Positions 1-14,610 of a DNA stretch of 64,000 nt are shown here, piece after piece (the stretch's first letter is position 1; each line of letters begins with the position of its first letter). The translations under genes were made by a program, and so were the position numbers. The notes under the pieces are model-generated. The model worked only from the letters and a program-made list of their open reading frames with translations. It was not told where the DNA came from and searched no databases. The stretch comes from Podarcis cretensis (lineage: Eukaryota). The stretch spans positions 25,668,001 through 25,732,000 of the forward strand of contig OX638161.1 in assembly GCA_951804945.1 (NCBI GenBank), read 5' to 3'.

Positions 1-3000
1 GAAGGCTCACTGTCTTCCAAAAAGGGCATGCTCTCCGGTGAAAGGCCAAAGGGCATGCTCTCCGGCGACGGTCCATGGATGCTCTTGGGCTAAGATGAGG
101 AAAAGGAATGATCAGTGGGCACCATCGAGGGATCCAAAGGCTTCTTGGTAAGCACAGCCACAGCCGCCAGGCGCAGGCAAAGTCAATATCACGGCAGCAG
201 GAATGTTGCGCAAGCAAAGGCGCCCATAGCAGCCGGGCAAAGAATTCCCTCATCCCCCAAAAAAGTAACAGGCCCCTGCTCTCACACACCTATGTTAATA
301 GGCATTTTCAGCCCACAAAGAAATGAAAGCTTCCTTTCTTGTCTCGCTGTGGACCGTTCTTACTCGCCACAGGTGACTTGCTATTCCAGGTCTGAAGAAC
401 TTGTGATTCACCCAAGGTAACCACAAACCCACCACCAATGAGTTATGGCCTGTCGGGTGCTTAAGAACCCCACCCTGATTTTTGCAGGCTGCAAAAACAA
501 GAGGCTTCCCTTCATGTGATTTGATATTTTTCAGAATTTCCTATGTTCCGCTACTAAGTGCCTTCCTTCCTCACTACTGAAGTAAAGGCTAGTCTTTTTC
601 TCATTTCACCTGACCACATTTGTGCCTGCTTTTATCTGTCAGATACTGAAGGTTGTTTGGAGGGGCAGGGAGGGTCTTGGGGATAAAAAGGAAAGAGGCT
701 GTGCTGCAACCCTAAAAGCTTGCAACCGAAAAATAACTTTTATTTCCTTCTGAAGATTAATGCACTTTCTGCTTCAAATGTGTATCCCATCTTTCAATGC
801 AAACAGGTCAATTGACTGATTCCGGAGTTTCTTTCTCCTTCTCCCTGAAGCTATCCATAACTCACAAACAGACAGCCTGCAGAAGGTGGAGTGAGACACA
901 CACGCCCCAACCTAAGCCATATCTGCCTCAAGGTGCAGACTAAACATCCTGTGGCATTCTGTTCTAAATGTTTAATCTGCTTTTCCTTCCCCCAACATGA
1001 TACAAAATCAACAAAAGCCTCCTGCTCTGGTCTTTGTTCTGTTTTGCAGGCATTGTCAGGTTTGGAATTTACTCCAGGAGCCTGACAAGGGACCACAGGT
1101 AGGCTTGGTTCCCTTTTGTAACAAATGCACCTAGAATAAAACTTTTCAAGGCAGTCTGTTTTTATGCAAAAGTACTTTTTGGACTGCCCATTTCCTCCGG
1201 TAACAAATGTCTTCCCCAAATGGCTTTTCTTCACTTGTTCTTTTCTCTACTTTTGGTGCATTTTGCTTTCTCGTTTCTCCATCTCACATAAATCATGGAG
1301 CTAAACCCCTGAGTACAGCCTCAGTGTGATGAATTCTCACTGTCCCAAACTGTATTATAGCCAGAGAGCACAGCGAAGAGCGTGTGCATGTGCGTGCTCT
1401 CTCTTGCTCCTCTTTCTCTTGTTATAACCTGTCAGTTGATGTCAAACAATAGGTGCCTGCTTAATGGATAGTGCAGTTGCTCTTTGTCTAAAGTCATGTC
1501 ACACCCAATTCTAAAATTGTGGTGGGGTTGAAAATCAGTTTTGCATGGCAGTGGTTGCAAAAGGCATGACAAAGTAAAATAACTTTTTGATTTGGTGAAA
1601 GAGCTGTTTTCAGGGACACAGGGAACTGCCTTAGCAACTCTCCAGGGATGGAGACAGGAATCCTTCCCAGCTCTGCTTGCATATGCTGGGGACTGAACAT
1701 GCAAAACACACTATTACTGTGTTGTGCTCTTTCCTCCAGGGTTTAGACTTCTATTGCTTTGGAATTAGCACCGATGGCCTGTGCCTATGCAAAGCCTACT
1801 CAGCTTGTACATTTGTTGAAAGAGAAAAAGTGTACGAAGCTACTGTATGGTCCCAGTGCTCTGGACTCCAAAGGAAACTGGTTCAGTAAAACACGGCTAT
1901 GGAACCTGTGGCCCTCAAGATGTTGCTAGACTCCAGGTCCCATCTGCCTCAGGCGCCATGGACAGTTGTCAGGGATTATGGGAGATGTTGTCAAACAACA
2001 TTTGGAGGGCCACAGTGCCCCCATCCTTCATGTAAAGGCTTCCCTGACTTGCCCTGTTCCCAAGGAAGGGCTGCTGAATTTACAACTTGATAAACAATGC
2101 TGATTGAGAGGATAGAAATAAAATGGCTCCATAAATATTTCATTGAGATTGATAGCAAACCCTTTTGATGTCTAAAGTTTGGCAAAAGATACAACTTTAT
2201 TCATGGCTGGAATGAGATGTAATTACTTCCAACAGAAAAGTGTGCTGCGTTTATTTCTGTGAGCCCACAAGTACTATTATTGTTGTAGCTGTCGTTACAA
2301 CTATGGCACCATGCCCCACTTTTATCCTCTTCCCAACTTTATCTTATCTTGAATACCAATGGGAAATGTTGCTTCCTTCCATCAAGCTGCCTTGTTCTGA
2401 GCCAGTTTGTTGCTGCACTGCACAATCTGTTTTGACAATGCAAACAGCATTCCAACAAGACCATGTTTCCAGCCTCAGTTGCTTTAAAATAAACAGCAAG
2501 AGCAGCAACATGTTAATAATAAATCCTTCAGATTCTGCATTCTACATGGGCAGAGAAACAACGCTATGCATCTAGATACAGAGCTTTTTCTTCATTTAGA
2601 AATTTGAAAAAGTAACCTTTTTTGCTAGCAGCCAAAGATTATCATGAGATACTGCTGTTTAAATGGTGCCGATGGGAACCATGAAGCTGAATTCTCTGGG
2701 TGTCACTGGGGAACCACAGCTTTGAGGCCACGAGTGAGTCCGAAAATAGATAGAACAATCCCACAGCTGGCTCCCAGGAGAGGGCGCAGGCATGGCCTTA
2801 TAGGGCCTTCTGCGGCTCTAACTGGGATGGATTTTTACGACCAAAGGACAAAAACTCATTTGTCAAAAGCACATTGCAGCATCTAGGAGTTGCAGTTGTT
2901 CTTCTGACAAAGAGAGGCTGCTGTGTTACAGTAGACTGCAAAGTGAGGAGGGGAGAATAGGTGGGGTGAGGTAGCCTTTGACACTGCAAACCACATGCCC

Positions 3001-6000
3001 GAGTGTGTGAGCATGGGTGCACATGTATATCACAGAGTCCATATGCAGGTTGGGCCAAATCATGGTTCTCTCTGCAGTTTTGCTCCTGTTGCATATAGGA
3101 CAAATGAAGAACCATCTTTTTCTCTTGTGGAATTGGTGTGGAAGTAAATATATTAGAACAGATGAAGGGCTTGCATAAAGGAGTAAAGAATGGCTGTCAT
3201 CAAGGTTGTGTGTATGAATTCAATACACGGCGTAGATAAGAGAACCCTGAAAATCTCCAAGAATTTTGTCTACCTTGTGGTTCTGCTGGAAAGTTTGAAG
3301 AGGTGTCAGCAACCCGACAGTAGTTCACAGCCAAAGGGAGACTTGGGGTGCAGCTTCTGGTGATCAAGGATGGGTTTTTGGCAGCCCATATCGTTCTCTC
3401 TTCCTCTTGATTCATGGCAATCACCTTGCAGAAAAAGTCATTCCCTCACCCACCTACACTTTTGTGTTTACACCAAAAAAAAAAAAAAAAGCTTCTTCTT
3501 CTTCAGCATTCTTTCCAAAATCATAGGAGTGTTTGTAAGTACAACTGTCAGATTACATGTGGCCGGAACAAATAGGAAATGTAGACAGAGATCTAGAAAA
3601 ACAAACTTTTTCTCCTATTTGCCTTAAGTTCCCACCACTGCCTTTAAAAGTGAGAAGGGGTCTGCCCCTCTGTTTTACTGTAAGCCAAGGATGCTACCAC
3701 CACCATCACACACAAAGGGAGGAGAAGCAAGGAATAACGGAAAGATGTGGAAAAATAATTCCATCTCATTGGCATCTAAACAGCACTACCAGAGACAGGA
3801 GTCAATGACTGTCAATGATCTGGAATTCCAAATGACCCAGGCAGGAAAACAAGCAGCATTTCCAAGGAGTCAGCACAAGAGGTACTTATAACACCACCTA
3901 CTCATTCCAGATTGAATAAATCCAGAACAAATGCCATACCCTGATTCTATTATCACAAAGGAGCAATTCACACATTGCATTTTGGAGTATTATCTACAAT
4001 GTTTTAAGTGTGCACCCTTCAAATTGTAAAGACTCTGCAAAGACGTATCGTGCCAAAATCATGAATGCCAAACCTGCGTTCAGTGGTAAACCTGGGTTTG
4101 CTATTGTGTAATTACAGAGGTGGGGGAAACGCTTTCAGCATGAGGGCCACATTCCCTTCTGAACAAGGGCCAGATGGCAATGGTGGGTGGGATCAGAGGC
4201 AAAAGTGGCAGAAGAACAAATTTACATTTCACCTACGTATGCTAGCCTAGTTTCTACACACCATCACACAATCTTCTCTATCCTCCATCCAGGCTAGCAA
4301 GAGGCATTATCAGAGTTGAAGGGCATGTTACAGCCAGGCAAAAATATTTGGGGTGCAAAACAGAGCCAGTGAGGGCTGTGGCCTAAGGAGAATTCGAAGA
4401 ATCAGCCAGCATTTGACTCTCAAGCCTGAGTGTCTAATGCATTAAAATGCCCAAATGTAGAAAGCAGTTATTTCAAAGTTTTTAAAGAAGGACTCCTCGG
4501 GACTGTCTACTGTGCTCTAGGTATTGCCTAACATGCTTCAGACTCTTTTATTTTTTTAACAGAATCATTGTCAGCTGCAGTGTGAGTTGTGTAGGCAAGG
4601 TCAGGTGGCCTGGGCCTTAGAGACAACCAAAGTGATGGTGATAGAACACAGTAGAAGTAGAGGGCAGACCTTGGCACTCCTACCTGCCAGTCCTCACTCC
4701 CTGTACTCAAGTAGCCTTAGCAAACACCAGGCCATACTCAGACCGCATGAGCTTGGTGCATGTTGATTTGCTAATTCTGACAAGGGCATGAAGCAACAAC
4801 GAAAGTGCGTCCTGCAGTGTTCACAGTCACACCCGTGCAAGCAACTGCTTTAATAAGTTCTGAGGAAATCATCTGCCTCTGATGTGGTTGATAGTAATAA
4901 TTCACCCAGATCATGGCGCCAAACTTGCTCTGCCACCCCACTCCCCAGTATTCATATAGTGCCCCACCTCCACCCCACTCAGTCATCCTAGATGGGATTC
5001 TCTGAAAGCTCGAATCAAAAGCATAGATTGAAGGTTGCAAACTCTGCTGCCTAGAGAGTTTTCAGAGTGTTAGTCCTATAGCTGCAGGACAGGGAATGTT
5101 AGTATTTTAGCAGTGCAACCCAATTCTCGCCCCAGATGGCAAGCTCTGTTCAGCGTGCAAGACAAGAGTAATTCTGAAACAAAACAAACAGTGCCAGAAG
5201 CATCCACAGCAACAGTACAGGCTGACCTCAGTGAGAAAAAATCCCCCTTTGAAAGCAAATCTATTTTCTCCCATTGTTTGAAAAGTTGTTGCAACAGGGC
5301 AAGGTTCTGGTATATACACCACCAGCTTTTCCTAGGCCCCCTACAGTCCATTGTGATTAATCACTGTGTTATGGGGCTACGTGTGAGGGAAGCGCTTGCT
5401 CTCTATTTGCTTCAAAGGGCAGCATTTAATCATTGTTCCTGCAGCCCTTTATGGTGTACAGAAGCCCTTCGTGAGTCTAATTTCATTTTCGCACCACCAC
5501 AACCCTGTGCCATCACTACATTTCCTTCATTTACTATAGGCCTGCAGGGTTGGACATCATTATTCCCATTTCAAAGATAAGTTAACAAAGGATGTTTACG
5601 TGAGACTATATGCATGTGACTCTTAAGGGCAATGCTGGGATATGAACTCCAGACTCACAATATTTTAGCCAACGGTTCAGCCGCTGGAAAATGCCAACAC
5701 TCCACAATGGGCAACTATGAGGTGGCTACTCCTACTAATAGCCAACATGGTGGGACACTGGCTAGAGTGTGATATCTTGAAATGGAAATCCTGGATTCAG
5801 GTCCTTAGCTCAGTCATGAAGCTCTCTGAGTGGCTGCAGCAAGTCACCATCCCTCACGCTGCAATCCTATACAAGCTGTCCTCAGAGTAAGCCCTGTGGA
5901 ACTCAATAAGACATCAGAATATGCCAGCAGGTTTCCACTGCGAGCCTCTCTTACATCACAAGATTGTTGTGAGGTTAACATGCTGCTCTGAACCCATTGT

Positions 6001-8330
6001 AGGAAAAGTGAGATACAAAATCTAATACGTATCAAATAGAAATAGTAGGCAGCATTGCAGCTGCATATAAGGAATGCTGCTTTATGGAGGTACAAGGAAA
6101 GGCACTAATGGCTTCCATTTGCATGGCTTATGGCTTTCCAGTGGTTCTATCATGCCTCCCATTGTCCCCAAACACAAGAAAATCCCTGCTGTCTCCAACC
6201 ATGAGGTAGAAATGAGAAAATAACATGATCATCATAAAAAACGAAGCTATCATTTGGTCTAGTGGTGTGATACCAGGATCACTGAATAATCACTTCAGTA
6301 AGTGTGGGTTTTGGGATTTTTCTTATGGGCCAACATGGGTAGGACCCCTTACATTTTATTTAGCTTTTTTTGTGATTCAAGACAAGTCAGCTTACTGGGA
6401 TGTCCTTGAATATCTTGAATGGCCAAAGGAAAAATGGCAAGGTGGGTGGAAAACCCATTATCTGCATGGTCTGAGAAATTTACCTCCTATATATCTGATC
6501 AATATCTGGTATTCACTGAGAAAATAACATTATGATGCTAATGCTAAACCAATTCTATGCAGGCTTAGTCAGAAACAACTGCCACTGAGTTTAAGGTAAT
6601 TCACTTCACGTTCCAGGTAAGGACACATAGGGCTGCAGCCTTAGTATTTATATAGCACTTTTGATGGAGTTCTCTACTTCACACAGGGCTCTCTGAGAAA
6701 TTCTTAAGAACCATCCTGTACTACAAGTTAATATTATTATTCCCATATGACAGAGGCAGGTCTGAAGGTTTATTACCTGTGCATTGTCACCTAGTTCCCC
6801 CAGGGATGAGCTGCAATTTGAACTAGTTCCTGGCTCATTCCCTTAACCACTATACTACACCACAGTAACCAAACATCTAACAGAACCACACCCATGTTCC
6901 CTATTGAGGTGCTTTACGGAGTCCAAAGTTTACTATCCCTGCACCTTCACAACTTGGAACCCCAGGCTCCACTGTTCAAGAACCTATTCAAGATCAAGTT
7001 GCTGATCTGGTTTCCACAAAAACCCAAGAGCATTTTGCCACCGCCTCATAACTTTTTAGACTCCAGTGAAAGGGGAAAGGAAATATCTCAACCAAAATAG
7101 TAACTGTGTTCGTATTTGTAAAATGGCCTGAAAAGTAAAACAGCACAGACAGATTTTCCTTTCTATTCCCTCCTCCGTTGGCTGCTGCATGTTCCATTTC
7201 TCCTCACTCCTGCATAATTTTCCTACTGGTGGGGCCTGAAATTCCCTCAACATAATCTACAAGGCTTCCGATAAAGTGTATTTATAAATCTGGTTTGGTG
7301 GTGTTCATAACCCTTATATACTGGAGTATTCCCGCCTTTGAGGCATGATATAATTGAGAATGCTCAAGCAGTGAATCAGAGGGCTATATCTGTCAGCTAC
7401 TTGCCAGATTCCTCAACCAGACATAACTAGATCCCCTTTCATGTTGCGATAGTAAGAAACGCAGCTACATTTTTGTAGGTTTTCTGTCCTAAGCCATGTG
7501 TGTGTCTGTGTGTTTGTCCTTACAGAACAGGGCAACCTATCTCATAATGTCCCACTTCTCCTCCAACACAGGTATTAAAGGCCAGACCACCACACAATAG
7601 GAAGCATGGTTCAGAGCTGCCTATTTTGAACTGTTTGATATTAGGAGGTCTGTAAGGCTAGCCAGCAAACGTGTTAGAAAGAGGACTGCAAACAGCAGAA
7701 CAAAGCAACCTCTCACTGAAGTGGTGAAAAAGCTCCAGGGCCTGAAAGGTCAGGGCCAAAAGAATCTGTAACCCACACTGCATCAGATTTAGTTTTGCAG
7801 GGAAAGTAGAAAGCACAAACCCAAGGGACAGAGAGCTCTGACTTAGCACCAAACCTGCAAAGTTGGAGTGTGCTCTGGGCAATGCTACTTCTCTAACAGA
7901 CAACTGTGAAAATGTGCAGATTGCTTTCCCAAATGATTGCCTCAATAAGCACATTTTACAAACCGAAAAAGGGATTTCCAGGCTTTGTAGCTTTAAGGAC
8001 ACTGGTTGGCTTTCTACTGCCACGAGACAACAGGTTATTCCCCCCACCGCACCCCTGGCTCCCTCTATGGTTCTTTGGCAAATTCCTGCAAAGTTTGCAC
8101 TGGTGTAGCATTTAAGGCAAACTCTGGAATCTTCGTGAAATCTTGGGCAATACACTTGTTCTCTTTAGGATTCCAGTGATAACACAAGTCCTGAATATCC
8201 TATATATGGCGTGCTGTAGCATGGGAATCTTGGGAAGCCCCATATAGAAGGCAAGAGGTGCCATCATGCTGGATGGTCTTATGCACCAACCGAAAAAGAT
8301 ACGAGCGGAAGAGATCAAAAGGTGCCTTAC

Positions 8331-8756
8331 CTGGTAGATCATGACTTTGAAGTTCCTGCGCTTCAGCAGCTCTGCCTCATTAGATTCCAGCTTCTTGATT
8401 TGGCCAGCTTGCTTCTCCAGGTTCTGCCGGACAGTTTTGACGTTGACACTGACCTTCCGGACCTTCTCCAACATCTTGTTGACCGTATTACTGGTGGTGG
8501 AGTGGGCCTTCGTGAGCTTGGCGAGCTCCCCTTGGATGCTGGAAACAACCCCATCCATCTCCTGCTGCCTTTCCTCCAGCTGACTCTGGGTCAGCTGAAT
8601 CTGATCAACAGCTCCGATGATCTTGTCCAGAAGGGTAAGAACCATAACACCATTGATCTGGTCAGATTTGATGGGTTCTTCGGTCTCACCTGCTGGCTCC
8701 TCCGAGGCCTCAGAGACTGTTGGCTGCTCAACGATCTGGAGGGTGGTGTCTGCCAT
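8331..8756 (-). CDS. CAVIN1: Caveolae-associated protein 1 (cavin-1/PTRF), coding exon 1 (142 aa, HR1 coiled coil); exon 2 lies outside the window to the left
   Basis: Translation MADTT...SDQINGVMVLTLLDKIIGAVDQIQLTQSQLEERQQEM...KAHSTTSNTVNKMLEKVRKVSVNVKTVR...QIKKLESNEAELLKRRNFKVMIYQ matches cavin-1. It ends at a CAG|GTAAGG donor (8331/8330) and lies head to head with ATP6V0A1 as in mammals. Confidence 0.96.
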
Positions 8757-8899
8757 GGTTGCTCAGGAGTCCTGACTAGCAGAGCCTGGAGAAGTTTGAC
8801 ACTGCAGGGACAAGAGAGAGAGAGAGAAGGCGAGGCTGAATCTGAGATCTCTCAGATCTGGGAGGCGAGCCAGAAGCCAAGAGTGCAGTGTGTGGATGT

Positions 8900-9420
8900 G
8901 TGCTTCAATTGAAATGGCACAACCCTTGCAAAGCTGTCCGGAGAAACTGTCCTGCAAAATTTTCCAAGCTTCCAGGCGATTGGCTGACTCCACCTCAACT
9001 GGAGGAAAGGAGCCTCTTGCCAAATGCCTGGCAGACCCACCCCTTTTTTTTCTGAAATGATTAAAATAGTTGGAGAGGAGGCAACGGCTTTAGCATGCGA
9101 GCACAGGCAGGGTTCGCTCGCTCGCTCACTTGCAGAGGAATGCAGCGCTCCAAACTTCAACAGCCTCTGATTTTAATAGACAGGACGAAGACAGGGATTC
9201 CTAGCAAGATTTCTGGGGAATCCAGGGCGGCGGCGGCAGAGGACAAAACAAAACAAGCTCTGTGCAAAGCTGCTGATGAGAAACCGACAGCCCTGAACAG
9301 AACTGCAAATGTTTAAGTATGGCTGGGACAAACCCAAAGGGATCCCTGCCTTCACCCAGGCCTGCACAAAGTGGAGCGTTTCCTTTTAAAGTCACAGAGT
9401 GACAGTTTAGGGCACGTGTG
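8900..9420 (-). promoter_or_regulatory. Putative CAVIN1 proximal promoter
   Basis: Directly upstream of the CAVIN1 ATG. CCAAT box on the minus strand (ATTGG 8979-8983), MCAT/TEAD-like GGAATG 9137-9142, E-box CACGTG 9413-9418, locally raised CpG. TSS not determinable from sequence. Confidence 0.5.
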
Positions 9421-9633
9421 GCTTGGATCACTCACCAAGCGCAACTGGCTGTGTTAGTGAGCACATTTATACTGCAGAGATGTGATCGCAAGAGCAGGCA
9501 CATTCAGCTCAGATGCACTTCAGAAACCCAATCTGAATTAAAAGGAGAGTTATTTGGTATATAATGCGGAGGGAGTAGGCAAGGGAAGATCATGAGAACA
9601 CTATCTGCTGCAGGTGGCAACCATGCCCATAAG

Positions 9634-9892
9634 CAGGGGTCAGCAAACTTTTTCAGCAGGGGGCCGGTCCACTCTCCCTCAGACCTTGTGGGGGGCTGGA
9701 CTATATTTTTTTGGGGGGGTGGGGTGGGAATGAACAAATTCCTATGCCCCACAAATAACCCAGAGATGCATTTTAAATAAAAGCACACATTCTACTCATG
9801 TAAAAACAGCCGATTCCCAGACCGCTCGTGGGCCGGATTTAGAAGGCGATTGGGCCGGTTCTGGCCCCCGGGCCTTAGTTTGCCTACCCATG
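9634..9892. mobile_element. Non-autonomous hAT-family DNA transposon (MITE)
   Basis: Imperfect TIRs (CAGGGGTCAGCAAACT ... AGTTTGCCTACCCATG) and a perfect 8-bp TSD CCCATAAG at 9626-9633 and 9893-9900. Confidence 0.85.
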
Positions 9893-11273
9893 CCCATAAG
9901 CAACAGTTGCCATATTATGCAGTGTGAAAAATCAAATCCTGATTGTGAATCTGATGCAAAGGGCCTATCTGAGGATGATTCTGGCTGTTTTCTGGTGCAG
10001 TCAGTGAAGGTGACAGGCTCTGTTTTTATTTTTAAATGTAGATTATTATGTATTAATTACATTCATAAACCACCTTTGTTCCATAAAGTTTGAGACAGTT
10101 TGCCTTTTGGCAAAAGCCTCCGAAGGGGCATAAAATATTAAAAATATAACAGCAAAGTAATTTTTTTTTTTTTTTTAAGGAACAGCAGTAGGCACATGCG
10201 ATAGGCTTGACGAAAGGGCGACATCTTCCTGGCATCAGCTTCTAATTTTGCCTTTCTGTGGTATAACCAAAGGGAAGAAAATACCAATGTCTGTTCCAAA
10301 TAATCAAGAAAGGGGTAGGCCCTTTCATGGGGAAAGACCTATCTTCTAGCATATACAGTATTAGTCTCCCAGTGTGAAGCAAAATAACAATATTAGCTGT
10401 TTTGCAAGTGAGTCTGAAAAAGCTGGGGGTTTTTTTGTCCTATCTACATATCTTGGTGTTCTGCACCTTAGCCTCTCCTTAGGAGACAACAAAATGTGAG
10501 AGCTTGTGGCAGTGCAGTGCCACAGCATAGGGCTTGGATGTGGGGAATCCAAAGTTCACAGCCTTAGTCAGCTGCTATGAAGCTTGCTGGGTTCCCTTAT
10601 GTAAACTGCTATGTGCACAGTCAGTGTAGCACAGGACAGCATAAGTACAATATAGCAAGCACCTACCCACTGCACATCTGGCTCCAGGTCCGCATCCCAG
10701 CTCCACAATGGATATCAGAGAGAATGAACTGCTGCTGTCAACAAACCCTAGCATGGGTCAGTCCTCTGGCCACCACAATGGTGAGAACAACCCTACTGGG
10801 GAATATTTCCACACAGCCTCATTTGATTTTAAATCTGGACAAAACACCCCAGGCACCATGTTCAAAGCAAATAACTTCAGAATCAATGTTTCTGCTGCAC
10901 ATCTCAGCAGAATGATGCACCTCACCTATGGCTGGCATCTGACCAAAGACCCCCACACACTTTGGAATGGTAACTAAAGTCAGAGGAAGTTATGCTATTT
11001 GCAGAAATTACTGCCTCTAGGTCCTTGAAGTTTTACAGAACTCCATGCCAACTCTCCCACTCCCCCACAGAAAATGTAACTACTGTACAAGTCATAACTG
11101 CTGAATACTTGTGACCTTTTCTTTATAAATATTCTGGTATGTAGGACTGAGTAGCTCCAAGTATGCACTCTTCTCCTGCACCCTCTCACAAGGAAAAAAT
11201 ACTTTCCAAAACATAACTAAGACGGAAGAGCTTCTGATCATGTATAGAGTGCTTTTCCTTTGTGCATCCAATG

Positions 11274-11409
11274 CAGGCATAGGCAAACTCTGGCCCTCCA
11301 GATTTTTGGAACTACAATTCCCATCATCCCTAGCTAACAGGACTAGTGGTCAGGGATGATGGGAATTGTAGTCCCAAACATCTGGAGGACCGGAGTTTGC
11401 CTATGCCTG
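11274..11409. mobile_element. Palindromic hAT MITE
   Basis: TIRs CAGGCATAGGCAAAC/GTTTGCCTATGCCTG, near-complete internal palindrome, 8-bp TSD ATCCAATG at 11266-11273 and 11410-11417. Confidence 0.9.
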
Positions 11410-14400
11410 ATCCAATGCCTCCTCAACTATCTAGTGCCCTGAAATCTGGTGCCCTGCATGGGGATGGCAATGATGAGGCCTGAGGGAATCATATGGTGTG
11501 CAGTCATTTGACAGGAGAGAAATTTGAGCTTTCATTTGGGCTTACTGGTTTGCTTACATGGCATCTGGCTTTTTCAAAAAGAAATGGAATAAATTTGGTG
11601 CTCTCAAGTATTGAGATTTCTGAGATCGACTACAGTTCCAATTATATATATGCTACAGATGTTGCGTCTACAGAATCTATGTACTCTAGACGTAATCCAG
11701 AATAAATTTCCAACAACTCTTATGTTTACCAGGCAGTGTATCAGCTGCTGTACTGAGAATGGAGGCAGGCCTGGCATTCATTCCTTACTGGCTGCAATTA
11801 CAGAAATTGCCAGATAATTACCCCCTTCCTCAAATTCTCAGTGGAACGTTTACTTTCTTGAAGTTGACATAAACAGCTTTCATATGCTGCAGTTGTCCGC
11901 ATTTCAAGAAATAGATCGAACTCCAACAGCATTAATTTTGGAGTACGATTGTCTCCTGAGGTGTAGAAAACTGTGGACTAAAGTGCTAAGAAAATAAAAT
12001 CCTTCTGTTAAATGCTCCTGTTTAAAACTGAGAACCATTCAAACTATTTGCTTTGCCAAATGGTATTATCTGCTTGCATAAAATCATTCAGTAAAGGTAG
12101 TTTCATATTAGGCAGTTTTCTGTTCTCATGCAATTGTGTTTTCAAGCAGTGGCACATCTTGATAGAAGATTCTCAAGCCTTAATCAATCAGCAGTTATGT
12201 GTACATGGCCTAGCTACAGTTTAGGTGAACATTGTTCCATATATCCTTTGTGAACAGAGAATACCGCCTAATATAGAGTACGGTAAGTTTATTGATCCAT
12301 CTAGCTCAATATTGTTTGCACTAATTGGCAGGGACAGCCCTACCTGAAAATGCCAGGGACCGACTCTAGAACCTTCTGAATGCGAAACATGCGCTCTATC
12401 CCTGAATTATTATCCTTCCACATTTTTATCCATTACTGGATAAAATCATGCAGGTAGTTCATTAAAAAGTACACCTAGATTAACAGAAGCTTTAAAAAAA
12501 GTTGTTTTTGGTATCAGAACTAGACAAATAAGTTATCTACAAGTTGGCATTATTTGAGTAGCCGGGCCTTGAGATGTGGAGACCCAGAAACAGTGGAACA
12601 ACCCCCCCCCCCACCATTCTTTTTTCAGACTGTCACATCTCTTGCGATACGAATGTGAACAAGGTCACTGAATATAAGCTGATCATTTTGCTGCTCTTTG
12701 GCAAATTTGTTAATATTTCTAACAATGATGCCTTGTTTTCTTGAACCGCAAAATAACGCATGAATATTTTTAGGAAGGTTATTTATATATCTCTGTTGCT
12801 AGTTGTCTAATTCAAGCTTTTCTTTTTAATGACCTATGGCTGTATACAAATAAAGATTGCCTGACTGGCATGACATTGGAAACAAACAGAAAAGCATGCG
12901 TACAAACACACCAACATTTTGCAAGGTGCATTTGGCAAAACTTCCTGGATTACTCTTATTCAGGGGTGGAGATGTAGGGAGAAGCATAGTCTGCATGCCT
13001 TTGTTTTTTCCATCACAATGCTTTCATCAAGCATGCAGAGGAATACATTAGAAATTCAGTCGCTATCCTTGTGTACCCAGATAACTCAGCAGCATTCGCC
13101 AACCTCCTGACCACAGCTCATGGGTACTTCAGTTGCATTTGCAAGCAGGCAGTCTCAAATTCAGTCCTCGGAAACTCCAATTAAAACCTGCCTGAGCCAG
13201 GAGAGCTGCTTCCATACCCAAGAGCATTCTTAAATATGCAGGAGATTTGCTGGCAGTCAATCGACCAGCATCCCCCACCCTCAAGTGAACAATTTCATTT
13301 TTATCACGTTATCCCACACGTCGTTCATAAAGTGGAAACAATGGCCCCTCCTGTTTGTTTGGGGTTTTTTTTGCCATATGTTGAAAATAGCTGACCATTT
13401 TATAGAAAAATATTTCCCAAGGCACGCCTGAGCAGAGGAAAAACAAATGTTTCCAGTGTTTGAGGGTGATGAGTCAGTTTTGCATGAAAAGTCTCTATTT
13501 CAAGCAGGAGCAAAGCAAGGGCATTTGCCTGTATTACTCATATGACATCTGTTTCAGAAATGCTCCAAAACGGTTAAAGTTTTGTGCTGTTTTGGACGTG
13601 AGCCACTATATGAAGAAGATGTATGGACTTTAAAATGTTTGTCAAAATACAGAATGTTTACAAAAAGCTCTAGAAGTCTCATTGCTGATTAGAAGGCTGC
13701 AGTATTTTTACAAAAACACACACACCACAAAACACTGTTGGATGAGAACTTTAGATGTTTATGCCTTAATGTGCAAGCGTTACAAAAAAAAAATAATCTT
13801 CCCTCTCCAAAGGTTATAGTGTAGTAAGTATACAACTAGGTCTGGAGAGAATTGGGTTTAAAGTCTGCTAAACCCCAAAGCTCATTGAATAATCTAGACC
13901 TCGTAATACTTTCAACCTAACCTATTTCACAGGTTTGGGGAGAAACACACACACAGTGCACATTATTGCCATAAACTCCTCTGGGAAGCAGCTGGATAAA
14001 AATCTAAGATACAAAAAAAAACATTTAAAGCTTTTCCTTGACAGAAACTCTATACTGTACTCTTTGCAGGTACATGACAGGCAGAAATTCAACCTACAAA
14101 ACTTTGCTCCCGAGGAAGGGCTGGAGAGGCTGCACCTACTAATTTCTCCTCACTATATTGCTGTTAGGCACAGTGCCCCCAATGAACAAAAGTAATCATG
14201 AGGACAAAAAGAGTAATAAAAATAAATTCTACTAACGTCACAAATAAGTCCTTTTGCCTACAGGGCTTCAGGCATCTCCAAATGCACAGAAAACTAAGGG
14301 ATCTTTTGTTCCTTTCTGTATCACATTCCATCTCTGTGGACTTCCCTCACTTTTACAGCTTCCATAGTTTCTCCTATGGGGATTTCTGTCCTGCACCTTA

Positions 14401-14610
14401 ACAAGGCCTATGTTACCCAATTCCCCATAGGAAACAAGAGATTTCATGAAGGAGACTAACCAGATGATTGTGCAATAGCTTTGCATCTGAGCCATGCTAT
14501 ATGAATATTATTTCAGGCTGGGGGCCTGTACGGACTCACCAGGAGAAGGACATGGTGTCAAAATGGGGTGGGGTGGGGGTGGAATTATAACCTGAACTGT
14601 ACAGCATCAA

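Noticed and set aside
8112-8330. C-terminal extension of the 214-aa CAVIN1 ORF (VRHLLISS...)
   Set aside because: It lies past the CAG|GTAAGG donor, so it is intronic read-through with no cavin similarity.
8322-8912. 196-aa plus-strand ORF
   Set aside because: Antisense shadow of the CAVIN1 exon with no recognisable homology.
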